A stretch of 64,000 nt of DNA from a virus, in IMG/VR virus record IMGVR_UViG_3300044611_001420, one strand, 5' to 3'. The stretch's first letter is position 1; every line of letters begins with the position of its first letter. Shown here in pieces: positions 40,244 through 50,631 of the stretch. The notes beneath the pieces were generated by a model that saw only the letters and a list, made by a program, of their open reading frames with translations, had not been told where the DNA came from and did not search any database. The translations under genes were made by a program, and so were the position numbers.

Positions 40244-42097
40244 ATGGCAACTGGGGTCTTCAGTCTTCGTAAGGTTTATATTAAACAATACCAAAATGTA
40301 ACTAATAATAATTTTGCGAGTTGGCCTGAATATTCATCAGATTATGGGTATTATGGTGGAGGTTACTCTGTCAATTTTGATAGTACTATTGCAGCGCATG
40401 ATTATTCTACTTCAACAGTCTATAGCGTTAGTTCTAGTCTTTCAAATACTAGAGATATGGGAACAACATCAAATTCTAATTATGGTTACTTTGTAGGAGG
40501 TACAGCAACTTCTTCATCTTTTATAACATATGCAGTACAAAGATTTGATTTTTCATCCAGAACAGTCAGTCTTCCTGGTAAAAATTTACCACCAACTTCA
40601 CAAGCAACATCAATGGGTTCAACAGAAAATGATTCCTATGGATATTTTGTTGGAGGGCAAACTTATGTTTTTCCTGGGTTATTTCCTACATTTAGTACTG
40701 TTTTAAGATTTGATTTTTCTAGTGAAAATATAAGTCTTCCTGGAAAAAATTTACCTGGAGGAATTACACGGACAAAAACATCCTGCAAAAATCAAAACTA
40801 CGGTTATTTTGCTGGTTCTGCTAATTCCACTTCCGCCATATTTAGACTTGATTTTTCAAGTGAAACAATAAATAACCCCGGAAAAAATTTATCAACAGCA
40901 ACAACTAAATTAGGAGCAGTTTCAAACAATTCTTATGGTTACTTTGGTGGTGGATACACCCCCACACTACCTAATCTAAGTACAATCACAAGACTTGATT
41001 TTTCAAGTGAAACTATAAGTGATCCTGGAAAAAATCTACCTGAAGGTTTAGCATTTGATGCTGATGGCAATTCTTCAATAAGTTATGGTTTTCTTTATTC
41101 ACGAACTCTATTATGTCGATTAGATTATTCTACAGAAAATATAACACCAGTAATTTCAAACATAACACTATCTCCAGGATCACAAAGCAGAGACATAGGA
41201 ACATTTGATGGTCCAAGGAAGATATTTAGGGGTTCTAAGACTTATGGATATTTTGGTGGTGGTCTCACACCTTTTGTAATAAATACGATCATAAGACTTG
41301 ATTTTTCTAATGAAACTGTAAGTTTTCCTGGAAAAAATTTACCAACATTAAGAGGGTATTTAGCAACAACATCAAGTAATTATTATGGTTACTTTGGTGG
41401 TGGATTTGCACCTCCTTTTATTAATACAATTTCAAGACTTGATTTTTCGACAGAAAATGTAAGTAATCCTGGAAGAAATTTGCCAACATCAAGAGCATAT
41501 TTGGCAGCAACCTCAAGTAGTTCTTATGGTTACTTTGGTGGTGGTTCTACACCTACTATAATTAACACAATTACAAGACTTGATTTTTCGAATGAAACTA
41601 TAATTGATCCAGGAAAAAATTTACCAGGATCAAGAGAAAGATTGGCAGCAACCTCAAGTAGTTCTTATGGTTATTTTGGTGGTGGAAGCACTGGTACTGC
41701 AATTAATACTATTAGTAGACTTGATTTTTCGAATGAAACCACAAGTGATCCAGGAAAGAATTTATCAGTTGCAAAATTTAGTTTAGCAGCAACCTCAAGT
41801 AGTTCTTATGGTTATTTTGGTGGTGGATATGCTCCTCCACTTGTATTTTATAACACTATAACGAGAATTGATTTTTTTAATGAAACTGTTAGTGATCCAG
41901 GAAAGAATTTGCCAACAGTAAGATCAAATTTAGCAGCAACCTCTAGTGCTTTTTATGGTTACTTTGGTGGTGGTTTTATACCTCCTTATATTTGTACAAT
42001 CACAAGACTTGATTTTTCGAATGAAACCACAAGTGATCCAGGAAAAAATTTACCAACGGTAAGAGCAGATTCAGCAACAGTTTCAAACTCAAACTAA
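40244..42097 (+). CDS. Kelch-like repeat protein A (12 blades, 6+6)
   Basis: 12 YGYFGGG...RLDFS.E...PGKNLP units; RGSKT linker after blade 6. Confidence 0.85.
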   Translation: MATGVFSLRKVYIKQYQNVTNNNFASWPEYSSDYGYYGGGYSVNFDSTIAAHDYSTSTVYSVSSSLSNTRDMGTTSNSNYGYFVGGTATSSSFITYAVQRFDFSSRTVSLPGKNLPPTSQATSMGSTENDSYGYFVGGQTYVFPGLFPTFSTVLRFDFSSENISLPGKNLPGGITRTKTSCKNQNYGYFAGSANSTSAIFRLDFSSETINNPGKNLSTATTKLGAVSNNSYGYFGGGYTPTLPNLSTITRLDFSSETISDPGKNLPEGLAFDADGNSSISYGFLYSRTLLCRLDYSTENITPVISNITLSPGSQSRDIGTFDGPRKIFRGSKTYGYFGGGLTPFVINTIIRLDFSNETVSFPGKNLPTLRGYLATTSSNYYGYFGGGFAPPFINTISRLDFSTENVSNPGRNLPTSRAYLAATSSSSYGYFGGGSTPTIINTITRLDFSNETIIDPGKNLPGSRERLAATSSSSYGYFGGGSTGTAINTISRLDFSNETTSDPGKNLSVAKFSLAATSSSSYGYFGGGYAPPLVFYNTITRIDFFNETVSDPGKNLPTVRSNLAATSSAFYGYFGGGFIPPYICTITRLDFSNETTSDPGKNLPTVRADSATVSNSN

Positions 42098-42100
42098 TTT

Positions 42101-42928
42101 ATGAAAACTTTTTATTTTATGTCTGGACTTCCACGTTCAGGTTCAACTTTATTAACAGCACTACTCAATCAAAATCCAGAGATACACGCATCTACAAACT
42201 CACCACTTCTGGATACGATACATTATACGGAAGAGTATCTTTTATATAAATCCGAACAATATAAAGCACATCCAAAACCAGAGTGTGCTCATAAGGTCTT
42301 GTCTTCTATTGCTCCCAACTATTATTTTAATACATCACAGAATATTATTGTAGATAAATCAAGAGGTTGGGTGAATCAAATACAACATATTCAAGATTAT
42401 ATTACATCAGAACCAAAGATTATTTGTCCTGTAAGAAGTATTCCTGATATTATATCTTCATTTTTAAATCTCATTTATCATTCCAAAACAACTTCATTCA
42501 TTGATGAAGGACTTATAGCAAACAAGTTGGAAATTAGTAATGATAATCGTGCTGACTATTTAATGTCCCCCCAAGGTATTATCGGACAATCTCATCACGC
42601 ACTTGCTGAAGCATTTCGTAAAGGTAATGATAAGTATTTGTTATTGGTTGAGTATGATGATTTAGTTCAAAATCCACAACAAGAACTGAACCGAATTTAT
42701 GACTTCTTACAACTTCCAAGATTTACTCATACTTTTGAGAATGTAAAACCAAAGTTTGATGAGAATGACGATGTTTATAAGTTAGAGAATATGCATACTG
42801 TAAGAAGCAAAGTAGAAAAAATACATCGTGACAATTCAAAGTTTTTAAGTGACTATGTAATCAATAAATATAAGCATATGGAGTTCTGGAAAAAGGGGAC
42901 TCAAAGATATTCTATTTTTGGTTTATAA
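42101..42928 (+). CDS. PAPS-dependent sulfotransferase
   Basis: GLPRSGSTLL (5'-PSB loop); DKSR.W; KIICPVR...IISS (3'-PB); VEYDDLV.NP. Confidence 0.85.
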   Translation: MKTFYFMSGLPRSGSTLLTALLNQNPEIHASTNSPLLDTIHYTEEYLLYKSEQYKAHPKPECAHKVLSSIAPNYYFNTSQNIIVDKSRGWVNQIQHIQDYITSEPKIICPVRSIPDIISSFLNLIYHSKTTSFIDEGLIANKLEISNDNRADYLMSPQGIIGQSHHALAEAFRKGNDKYLLLVEYDDLVQNPQQELNRIYDFLQLPRFTHTFENVKPKFDENDDVYKLENMHTVRSKVEKIHRDNSKFLSDYVINKYKHMEFWKKGTQRYSIFGL

Positions 42929-44739
42929 TGCCAGTATTTTCTCTAAAAGAAGCAAAAGAACTTCAAGTAAAAAATGTTTCTGAAAATACTTTTAAGTATT
43001 GGGGAGAAAGTGCGATTTATGGGTATTTTGGTGGTGGTGGGCCATTTCCTTATATGAATACAATCACAAGACTTGACTTTTCCAGTGAAACTATAAGTCT
43101 TCCTGGAAAAAATTTACCTTCGTCAAGAGGTAATTTAGCAGCAGTCTCAAGTAGTTCTTATGGATACTTTGGTGGTGGATATAATTTTCCAGGAATAGTT
43201 ATATCTACAATCACAAGACTTGATTTATCTAATGAGACTATAAGTGATCCAGGAAAAAATTTACCAGTAGCAAATATTAATATAGCAGCAACCTCAAGTA
43301 GTTCTTATGGTTATTTTGGAGGAGGTGGATCGGGAATAACTGCATATCTTTGTACAATCACAAGACTTGACTTTTCCAGTGAAACTATAAGTCTTCCTGG
43401 AAAAAATTTACCAGCAATAAGAAATAATCTAGCAGCAACCTCAAGTAGTTCTTATGGTTATTTCGGTGGTGGATTTGATCTTAGTATTAGATTGTGTGTA
43501 ATATCAAGACTTGATTTTTCAAGTGAAACTATAAGTGATCCTGGAAGAAATTTACCAACATCCAGACAAACTCTGGCAGAAACCTCAAGCAATTCTTATG
43601 GATACTTTGGTGGTGGATTTGCACCTCCTATAATTTGCACAATCACAAGACTTGATTTCTCTAATGAAACCGTAAGTGATCCAGGAAAAAATTTACCAGG
43701 ATCAAGAGAAAGATCAGTAGCAACCAAAAGTAGTTCTTATGGTTACTTTGGTGGTGGTTATACTCCTGGTGCAATTTCTACAATTACAAGACTTGATTTT
43801 TCAACCGAAAATGTAAGTAATCCTGGAAATAATTTTTCAACAGGAAGGGCATCTTTGGCAGCACTTTCTGGAGGTCAATCAATCTATCGTGGTTCAAAGA
43901 CTTATGGGTATTTTGGTGGTGGAGGATCACCATACATCAATACAATCACAAGACTAGAGTTTTCTAATGAAACTGTAAGTGATCCTGGTAAAAATTTACC
44001 AGGGCAAGTGTCTTTATCTGCAGCAGTGGCAAGCAATTATTATGGGTACTTTGGTGGTGGATATATACCCTATATCTGTACAATTACAAGACTTGATTTT
44101 TCTAATGAAACCATTAGCAATCCTGGTAAAAATTTACCAACAGCACGAGGTTATTTAACATCAGTTTCAAGTAGTTCTTATGGTTATTTTGGTGGTGGTG
44201 AAACTTCTGGTGGTAATATCTCTACAATCACAAGACTAGAGTTTTCTAATGAAACTGTAAGTGATCCTGGTAAAAATTTACCATCAATAAGACGTAGTTT
44301 AACAGCAACCTCAAGTAGTTCTTATGGTTACTTTGGTGGTGGATTCCCAAATATCAACACAATTACAAGATTAGAGTTTTCTAATGAAACTGTAAGTGAT
44401 CCTGGTAAAAATTTACCATCAGCAATAAATTCTTTAGCAGCAGCATCAAGTAATTCTTATGGTTACTTTGGTGGTGGGTTTAATATTAATACAATCACAA
44501 GACTTGATTTTTCAAATGAAACGATAAGTCTTCCTACAAAAAATTTACCAACACAAAGATTTTCTTTAACTGCAACTTCAAGTGCTTTTTATGGTTATTT
44601 TGGTGGGGGATATTCTGGTTCTTTCTCTCTTGTTAATACAATATCAAGACTTGATTTTTCTAATGAAACGGTGGGTAATGCGGCAAATAATTTACCAACA
44701 GCAAGAAGCAATTCAGCAACACTTTCGAACTCAAACTAA
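42928..44739 (+). CDS. Kelch-like repeat protein B (12 blades, 6+6)
   Basis: 12 highly regular repeats; RGSKT linker; ends SNSN. Confidence 0.85.
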   Translation: MPVFSLKEAKELQVKNVSENTFKYWGESAIYGYFGGGGPFPYMNTITRLDFSSETISLPGKNLPSSRGNLAAVSSSSYGYFGGGYNFPGIVISTITRLDLSNETISDPGKNLPVANINIAATSSSSYGYFGGGGSGITAYLCTITRLDFSSETISLPGKNLPAIRNNLAATSSSSYGYFGGGFDLSIRLCVISRLDFSSETISDPGRNLPTSRQTLAETSSNSYGYFGGGFAPPIICTITRLDFSNETVSDPGKNLPGSRERSVATKSSSYGYFGGGYTPGAISTITRLDFSTENVSNPGNNFSTGRASLAALSGGQSIYRGSKTYGYFGGGGSPYINTITRLEFSNETVSDPGKNLPGQVSLSAAVASNYYGYFGGGYIPYICTITRLDFSNETISNPGKNLPTARGYLTSVSSSSYGYFGGGETSGGNISTITRLEFSNETVSDPGKNLPSIRRSLTATSSSSYGYFGGGFPNINTITRLEFSNETVSDPGKNLPSAINSLAAASSNSYGYFGGGFNINTITRLDFSNETISLPTKNLPTQRFSLTATSSAFYGYFGGGYSGSFSLVNTISRLDFSNETVGNAANNLPTARSNSATLSNSN

Positions 44740-44764
44740 ATAAAATCACCTACATCATTTTGAT

Positions 44765-46468
44765 ATGAAATCTGGAGCAACTGAAAGTTCTTTTTATTAT
44801 CTCAATCAATATTATTCATTTCCAAATAATGTTGAAGTTTCAAGAAGCATAGAAGTCTTAGCACAATCAAATAAGCAATATAAAATACTCTGGGCACACG
44901 ATAATTGTGACCAACCACAACTTTTAAGACTTCCAGAACTTGTATCGCAGATTGACTTGATTGTCTGTGTATCAAACTGGGAAGCAGAGCAATACATTAA
45001 ATACAACAGAGCACCCGCAGAAAAGATTGTAGTTATTCCAAATGGTGTTGCGGATATTTTTCATCTCAAAACACCAAAATCAAAGACGGCAATTTTCTTT
45101 TCTGGACCACATAAGGGCATCACACCACTTCCAAAAATCTGGAAACAAGTCATTAAAAATCATCCAGATGCAAAATTAAAAGTATTTTCTTCTCATAATC
45201 TTTATGGGGAACAATACGAACAGCATTTTAAAATACCAGAACACTTAGAAGCAATTGAAGAACTTAAGTCTCTTCCTGGAGTAGAATATTCTCCTTGCAT
45301 TGACCGAGAACAACTTCTTCCACACATACAAGATGCTGCATTCTTCGTGCATCCTAATGTCTGGGAAGAGACCTTCTGCGTGTCTATGGCAGAAGCAATG
45401 GTTTGTGGTTGCTACCCCATCACGAGTGATATAGGGGCACTGAGAGAGGTCTCATTCAATCGTGGTAAGTATATTCCAATGACTGGAAAAAATACCCAAG
45501 TTGGTTGGGAACCATCTCCAAAGTTTATTAATGAGTTCGCACAAGAACTTTCAAGATGCTTTGAGTTTTTTGATAAGGAACCTCAAACATTTTATGCTGC
45601 GACAAAAGAACTTTCACAAATCACCAAAGAAACTTATGATTGGAAAAAGATTGCAGTTGGTTGGGAAAAACTTATTCAAGGTCTTCAAGGTTCAACTCAG
45701 CAAAGACCAAGATATTATTGTATGACGACAATGCAGTCTTCTGAAAAATACACTCATTATGCTTTAGATACATTCTTTAGAAATAGTATTTTCGGAAAAC
45801 AAGATAAGTTTTTCTTAATTGATAATGACAAAACATTTTCAAAAGACTATGATAATGTTACAGTGGTTTCAAATTCTTCATCAAAATCATTTGCCGAGAA
45901 TATGAACTTTATTCTTAAGCAAGCAATTATGGATGGTGCCGATTTTATCGGATTGAATAATGATATTATCTTTACAAAAAACTGGAATCAAAATTTAGGA
46001 GATTTAAATTCAGTTTCTATTCCTTTATGCAATCAACACTTGCAGGGTGATTGGATAAAGGGGGAAATGGAACTTGAAGAATTTATTGGTAAAGAAGAAT
46101 CATTAAATCAAATTGCTTCTCAAATTACATCTCAACTACAGAACGTGGCACCAAACTTAATCAAAGCATTCTATTGTTTTTATGTTCCTTATGAAGTCAG
46201 TTCAAAGGTTGGTTTATTGGATGAAGAGTTTGGAAAGGGTGGTGGTGAAGATATTGATTATGGACTAAGAGCAGAACAACTTGGATTTGAAACAAAGTTT
46301 AATCATCAGTCTTATCTTCTTCATTTTTCTCATAGAACTTTAGAGCACGAAACTAAAGAAGAGAAAGATAAAAGAACAGAGCAGTTATACTTACACTTCT
46401 GTAAAAAGTGGGGAAAGGAAATTGCCGATAAAAGATTGTCTCTTGCAGTAACGCAAAGGTTTTCTTGA
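44765..46468 (+). CDS. GT4 + GT2 fused glycosyltransferase
   Basis: VCVS...VIPNGV...EETFCVSMAEAMVCG.YPITSDIGAL.E (GT4); LNNDI...GLLDEEF..GGGEDIDY (GT2). Confidence 0.85.
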   Translation: MKSGATESSFYYLNQYYSFPNNVEVSRSIEVLAQSNKQYKILWAHDNCDQPQLLRLPELVSQIDLIVCVSNWEAEQYIKYNRAPAEKIVVIPNGVADIFHLKTPKSKTAIFFSGPHKGITPLPKIWKQVIKNHPDAKLKVFSSHNLYGEQYEQHFKIPEHLEAIEELKSLPGVEYSPCIDREQLLPHIQDAAFFVHPNVWEETFCVSMAEAMVCGCYPITSDIGALREVSFNRGKYIPMTGKNTQVGWEPSPKFINEFAQELSRCFEFFDKEPQTFYAATKELSQITKETYDWKKIAVGWEKLIQGLQGSTQQRPRYYCMTTMQSSEKYTHYALDTFFRNSIFGKQDKFFLIDNDKTFSKDYDNVTVVSNSSSKSFAENMNFILKQAIMDGADFIGLNNDIIFTKNWNQNLGDLNSVSIPLCNQHLQGDWIKGEMELEEFIGKEESLNQIASQITSQLQNVAPNLIKAFYCFYVPYEVSSKVGLLDEEFGKGGGEDIDYGLRAEQLGFETKFNHQSYLLHFSHRTLEHETKEEKDKRTEQLYLHFCKKWGKEIADKRLSLAVTQRFS

Positions 46469-46505
46469 TAAATACAAACAACACTATTAGTTAAATTGGA
46501 TAAGT

Positions 46506-47345
46506 ATGTCTAACAATTATGAAGCAATTGCACTTGCAACATCTAAAGAAGTTTTAGGTGATGATAATGAGTTTATGCTTAAGGTTCTTCAAGAGGCAAC
46601 TCGTTGGGAACAAAGTGAAACTGAACTCGCACAAGGTCGTTCAGATTTCCAGATTGAAAAGTTTATCATTCACGATAATTTCACAATTCCATCAGCATTT
46701 AAGGCAGCACTTGTCAATCGTAGAAGTGTAGCAGAAGGTCTTCTACAGCAAGTCATTGATGCAAAAAGAGCAGCAAGAGAATTTCATTATAAGTGGGACG
46801 GAAAAGATAAGACACAACCAATTTGGTGGAAAACAAGACAAGGTGGTGAAGAATTATCTTGGTATGATATTGATGAGTTTCATTTTCATCGTATGCTTGA
46901 GGGTTTGAATCGTGGGTTCAAAGCTTGTGTAGAAGAACTGGAGTGCTTTGATAAACTCATTAATCGTTTGGTTGAACTGAATGGTGGTAAGTTAATTACC
47001 AGAGAACAATATAATGAAGACCAACCAAACTACTGGGAACGCAGACTTGCGAATCAATCACTTGATGATTTACTTGCCGCAAGAACTGGAGTAAATGCTG
47101 GTAATATTCGTTCAATGAGACGTGCAAGTGCTCCTACGGTTCTTACAGATGATGTCAATCGTACCAAAGGAACTTTTGGTGATCCAAATAATCCTATGGA
47201 TTTCCTGAATAGTCTTCAGCAGGCAGTTGCTTCTGGTATTGAGGAGATTACTGGTATGGATCAACAACTTCTTCGTGGTGTTGAAGAACAAGAGCAAAAG
47301 CAAATTCCTCAATCGTTATTCAATCCAGACCTTAAGATAGAGTAG
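46506..47345 (+). CDS. Helical protein of unknown function within the Kelch cluster
   Basis: Clean 279-aa ORF (SDFQIEKFI...YWERRL.NQ); GATAAATA at 46467-46474. Confidence 0.7.
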   Translation: MSNNYEAIALATSKEVLGDDNEFMLKVLQEATRWEQSETELAQGRSDFQIEKFIIHDNFTIPSAFKAALVNRRSVAEGLLQQVIDAKRAAREFHYKWDGKDKTQPIWWKTRQGGEELSWYDIDEFHFHRMLEGLNRGFKACVEELECFDKLINRLVELNGGKLITREQYNEDQPNYWERRLANQSLDDLLAARTGVNAGNIRSMRRASAPTVLTDDVNRTKGTFGDPNNPMDFLNSLQQAVASGIEEITGMDQQLLRGVEEQEQKQIPQSLFNPDLKIE

Positions 47346-47352
47346 AAACCAA

Positions 47353-49236
47353 ATGCCTTTTGTAGGAGATGTTTTTGGATTAAATTCTGTTTATGACAGA
47401 CAGTCTTTAAACGTAGAGCAAAGAAATTTATCAAATTGGCCCGAATATCCTACTTATGGGTATTTTGTTGGTGGCACTACGGTCAATGCTCCTACTCAGT
47501 CAAGTACGATTACGAGATTAGATCTTGCAACCAATACAACAGGTAACCCGGGAAAAAATCTTCCAGTAGCAAGAGTTCAAATAGCAGCAGTCTCAAACAA
47601 TTTTTATGGTTATTTTGGTGGTGGATATTTAAATACTTTAGTGAGAATTGATTTTTCAAATGAAACATTAAGTCTTCCTGGAAAGAATTTTACTGCTGTC
47701 TCAAGAGCATCTCAAGCAGCAGTGTCAAATAGTCTTTATGGATTTTTTGGTGGAGGATATGCTCCCGGTCTAGCATCTATTATATCAAGACTTGAATTCT
47801 CCAGTGAGACGGTAAGTAACCCAGGCACTAATTTTTCCCCAAGTAGAGCAAGGTTTGCAGGAGCATCAAGTAATCTTTATGGATATTTTGGTGGTGGATA
47901 TACTCCAACTCTTGTAAGTACAATCACAAGACTTGATTTTTCCAATGGAACTTTAAATCTTCCCACAAGAAATTTGCCTGCTGGAGTTGGTGACCATTCT
48001 GCAGTATCAAATATATCTTATGGATATTTTGGTGGTGGAACTGGTGTTTGTTTAATATCAAGACTTGATTTCTCTAATGAAACTGTAAGTGCTCCTGGAA
48101 AAAATTTACCATCGGTAAGAAGGGGACCACTTGCATTTTCAAGTTCTCCGGCAACCAGTTCTTTAAATGGTGCTTATGGTTATTTTGGTGGTGGTGGAAC
48201 TCCTGGAGGTAGTGGTATTATCAATACTATACAACGACTTGATTTTGCAAATGAGACTATATCTACCTTAACCGCAACGTTGTTAAATCAAAGTAGATCA
48301 GGTTCTGCAGTTGCAAATAGTGGGTCATCTTTTAGAACAAGTTCTAAGACTTATGGGTATTTTGTCGGTGGATATTCACCTACTTTTTCTGGAAATACTT
48401 GTACTATTGATAGATTGGATTTCTCAAATGAATCTATATCAGCATTGTCAAATACATTAACTATTGCAAAAAATAGACTTGCATCATTTTCCAATAATTA
48501 TTATGGTTATTTTGGTGGACAATATTCTACAAATATTGATCGTTTAGATTTTTCTAATGGAACTACGGCACCCAGTGGAAAAAATTTACCTCAAGCAAGA
48601 ATTGACCTTGGTGGATCGGAATTAGGAGGTTTATCCAATTCAAATTATGGTTATTTTGGTGGTGGTTATGGTACTTGCAAAATTGACCGTTTAGATTTTT
48701 CCAGCGAAACTATATCAGAACCAACAACAACTATGTTAAACGTTTGTTCAAGTTTTGGTGTAGTTTCCAATTCAATATATGGGTATTTTGGTGGTGGATA
48801 TTCAAATTCTGTTGTAACTTGTTCTTTTAAAAGACTTGATTTTTCTACAGAAATTGTTTCCTTCACACCAACAGCAAATTTTCCATTATCAAAACAAAAA
48901 ATGGGAGCAACATCAAATAGTAATTATGGATATTTTGGTGGAGGCGTAACTGCAACAAATAATATATCTAATATGAGCCGACTTGATTTTTCAAATGAAA
49001 CTGTGGGTGATCCAGGTTCAAAATTAGGAAGTAATCGATATTGGTTAGCAGCAGTTTCAAGTATTTCTTATGGTTATTTTGGTGGTGGATATCGTGCTCT
49101 TCCTCCACTTGTAATTGGATATTTTTCTACTGTTATGAGACTTGATTTTTCAAGTGATACTACTTCTACTCCAACATTGACAGCAAGGTTGACTGCTGCT
49201 AAATCTGAATTAACAGCAGTTTCAAACTCAAACTAA
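47353..49236 (+). CDS. Kelch-like repeat protein C (12 blades, 6+6)
   Basis: 12 more divergent repeats; RTSSKT linker; ends SNSN. Confidence 0.85.
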   Translation: MPFVGDVFGLNSVYDRQSLNVEQRNLSNWPEYPTYGYFVGGTTVNAPTQSSTITRLDLATNTTGNPGKNLPVARVQIAAVSNNFYGYFGGGYLNTLVRIDFSNETLSLPGKNFTAVSRASQAAVSNSLYGFFGGGYAPGLASIISRLEFSSETVSNPGTNFSPSRARFAGASSNLYGYFGGGYTPTLVSTITRLDFSNGTLNLPTRNLPAGVGDHSAVSNISYGYFGGGTGVCLISRLDFSNETVSAPGKNLPSVRRGPLAFSSSPATSSLNGAYGYFGGGGTPGGSGIINTIQRLDFANETISTLTATLLNQSRSGSAVANSGSSFRTSSKTYGYFVGGYSPTFSGNTCTIDRLDFSNESISALSNTLTIAKNRLASFSNNYYGYFGGQYSTNIDRLDFSNGTTAPSGKNLPQARIDLGGSELGGLSNSNYGYFGGGYGTCKIDRLDFSSETISEPTTTMLNVCSSFGVVSNSIYGYFGGGYSNSVVTCSFKRLDFSTEIVSFTPTANFPLSKQKMGATSNSNYGYFGGGVTATNNISNMSRLDFSNETVGDPGSKLGSNRYWLAAVSSISYGYFGGGYRALPPLVIGYFSTVMRLDFSSDTTSTPTLTARLTAAKSELTAVSNSN

Positions 49237-49261
49237 ATAAAAACATCTACAGTATTCTACT

Positions 49262-49921
49262 ATGAATGATATTCTTGCGAATGTTTTGATTCAACCTAAA
49301 GTTGTTACACCAGAAGGGTTGAAGTTTTTAACGGATTATATGAGAAAATCTCATAAAGAACAAATGTCCGTTTTTGATGCTGAAAATAGTGATAAGACTA
49401 GAGAAAGACAATCAAAAATTGACTTATCGGCAAGAAATGTAAAGTGTGCCGATTTACTTCCAGTTTTTCCACAAGTCAAAGAGTTACTTGATAATGTGGT
49501 AAAAAATGTAATCAATCCTTTTTATGGATTTGAAGTGAGAGATAGTGAAGAACCACAACTACTTTGCTATGAACCAGGAGGACACTATAAACCTCACAAT
49601 GATGCCGAAGGTTTATGGACAAATCCAGATGGAACTCAGGTTTGGAAGAAGACAATAGACCGTGATGTATCTACTGTTCTTTTTCTAAATGATGATTTTG
49701 AAGGTGGATATTTTTCTTTTCCAGATTTAAGAATTAAAATTAAACCAGAACCAGGTCTTCTTGTTTGCTTTCCATCTTCAAGGTGGTTTACGCATATGGT
49801 AGAACCTGTGATTTCTGGAAATCGTTATACTCTTGTAACTTGGATGAGAGTCAAAGGATTTAAAACAAAAGATGAGATGGACAAAGAGATTGCCGATAAA
49901 TATAACATAGAGGTTTATTAA
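49262..49921 (+). CDS. 2OG-Fe(II) oxygenase, prolyl-4-hydroxylase-like
   Basis: QLLCY..GGHY.PHND (HxD)...R.VSTVLFLNDDFEGG...FPS...HMVEPV.SG.RY. Confidence 0.9.
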   Translation: MNDILANVLIQPKVVTPEGLKFLTDYMRKSHKEQMSVFDAENSDKTRERQSKIDLSARNVKCADLLPVFPQVKELLDNVVKNVINPFYGFEVRDSEEPQLLCYEPGGHYKPHNDAEGLWTNPDGTQVWKKTIDRDVSTVLFLNDDFEGGYFSFPDLRIKIKPEPGLLVCFPSSRWFTHMVEPVISGNRYTLVTWMRVKGFKTKDEMDKEIADKYNIEVY

Positions 49922-49923
49922 AG

Positions 49924-50631
49924 ATGTCTCAACTTCTTAAGCACTATTGGATTAATCGTGATACTGGTGGATGGGCAACAGATACACCTTATGGTTTAAT
50001 GATGCCCAATATTAAGGGGTTGGAGGTTAAGTATAATTTATTTACTGAAGATAATATACAATATTGTTTATCCACTATTCCTGAGTATTTTGAATATGAG
50101 GTTACAGTTTCTCAAGAGCAATTAACTGAATATCAAAACAATTCAAATATCACAGTAGTTAGTTTCACAGAAAAACAAGTTGAAGTTCCTAATCGTCCTG
50201 GTTTAGAATCAACTGAAGAAACAAGAACAGAAACTGTTTATGATGTTGTCTACCAAGAATCATACATTATTCAAGAAACTGAAGGTGAAGGTCTTAAAAT
50301 TATCACTCAACAAGAATGGGATACTGAAATTGAAGAATTTGATAATCGTCAGCAAGAAAAAAGATATGACATTTTAAGAGAAATTCGTGATAAAATACTT
50401 GAAATTACTGATTGGATGGCAATTAAATCCTTAGAGCAAGAAACCCTTTCAGCAGAATTTAAAACTTGGAGACAAACTTTAAGAGATTTGCCAAACTCAA
50501 GTACATTCCCAACAAGTTTTCCAACTCTTCCAACTGAACTTCAAAATCATACAGAAATTCAAGAACTTTATAATAGATTTGATGAGGTTAGATCTATTTT
50601 TATGATTCAAGATCCATTGAGTAGGTCATAA
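49924..50631 (+). CDS. Protein with C-terminal tail assembly chaperone-like domain
   Basis: LREIRDKIL..TDW...WRQTLRDLP....FP..FP.LP. Confidence 0.65.
   Translation: MSQLLKHYWINRDTGGWATDTPYGLMMPNIKGLEVKYNLFTEDNIQYCLSTIPEYFEYEVTVSQEQLTEYQNNSNITVVSFTEKQVEVPNRPGLESTEETRTETVYDVVYQESYIIQETEGEGLKIITQQEWDTEIEEFDNRQQEKRYDILREIRDKILEITDWMAIKSLEQETLSAEFKTWRQTLRDLPNSSTFPTSFPTLPTELQNHTEIQELYNRFDEVRSIFMIQDPLSRS

Noticed and set aside
40244-49236. CRISPR array or diversity-generating retroelement reading of the conserved/variable periodicity
   Set aside because: Repeats are in-frame coding and degenerate at synonymous sites; no cas or reverse transcriptase gene in the window; variation is not adenine-specific and includes indels.
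40244-49236. Recurrent N-E-T as an N-glycosylation sequon
   Set aside because: Freely replaced by SET or TEN in many blades, and no recognisable N-glycosyltransferase; more likely a structural turn.
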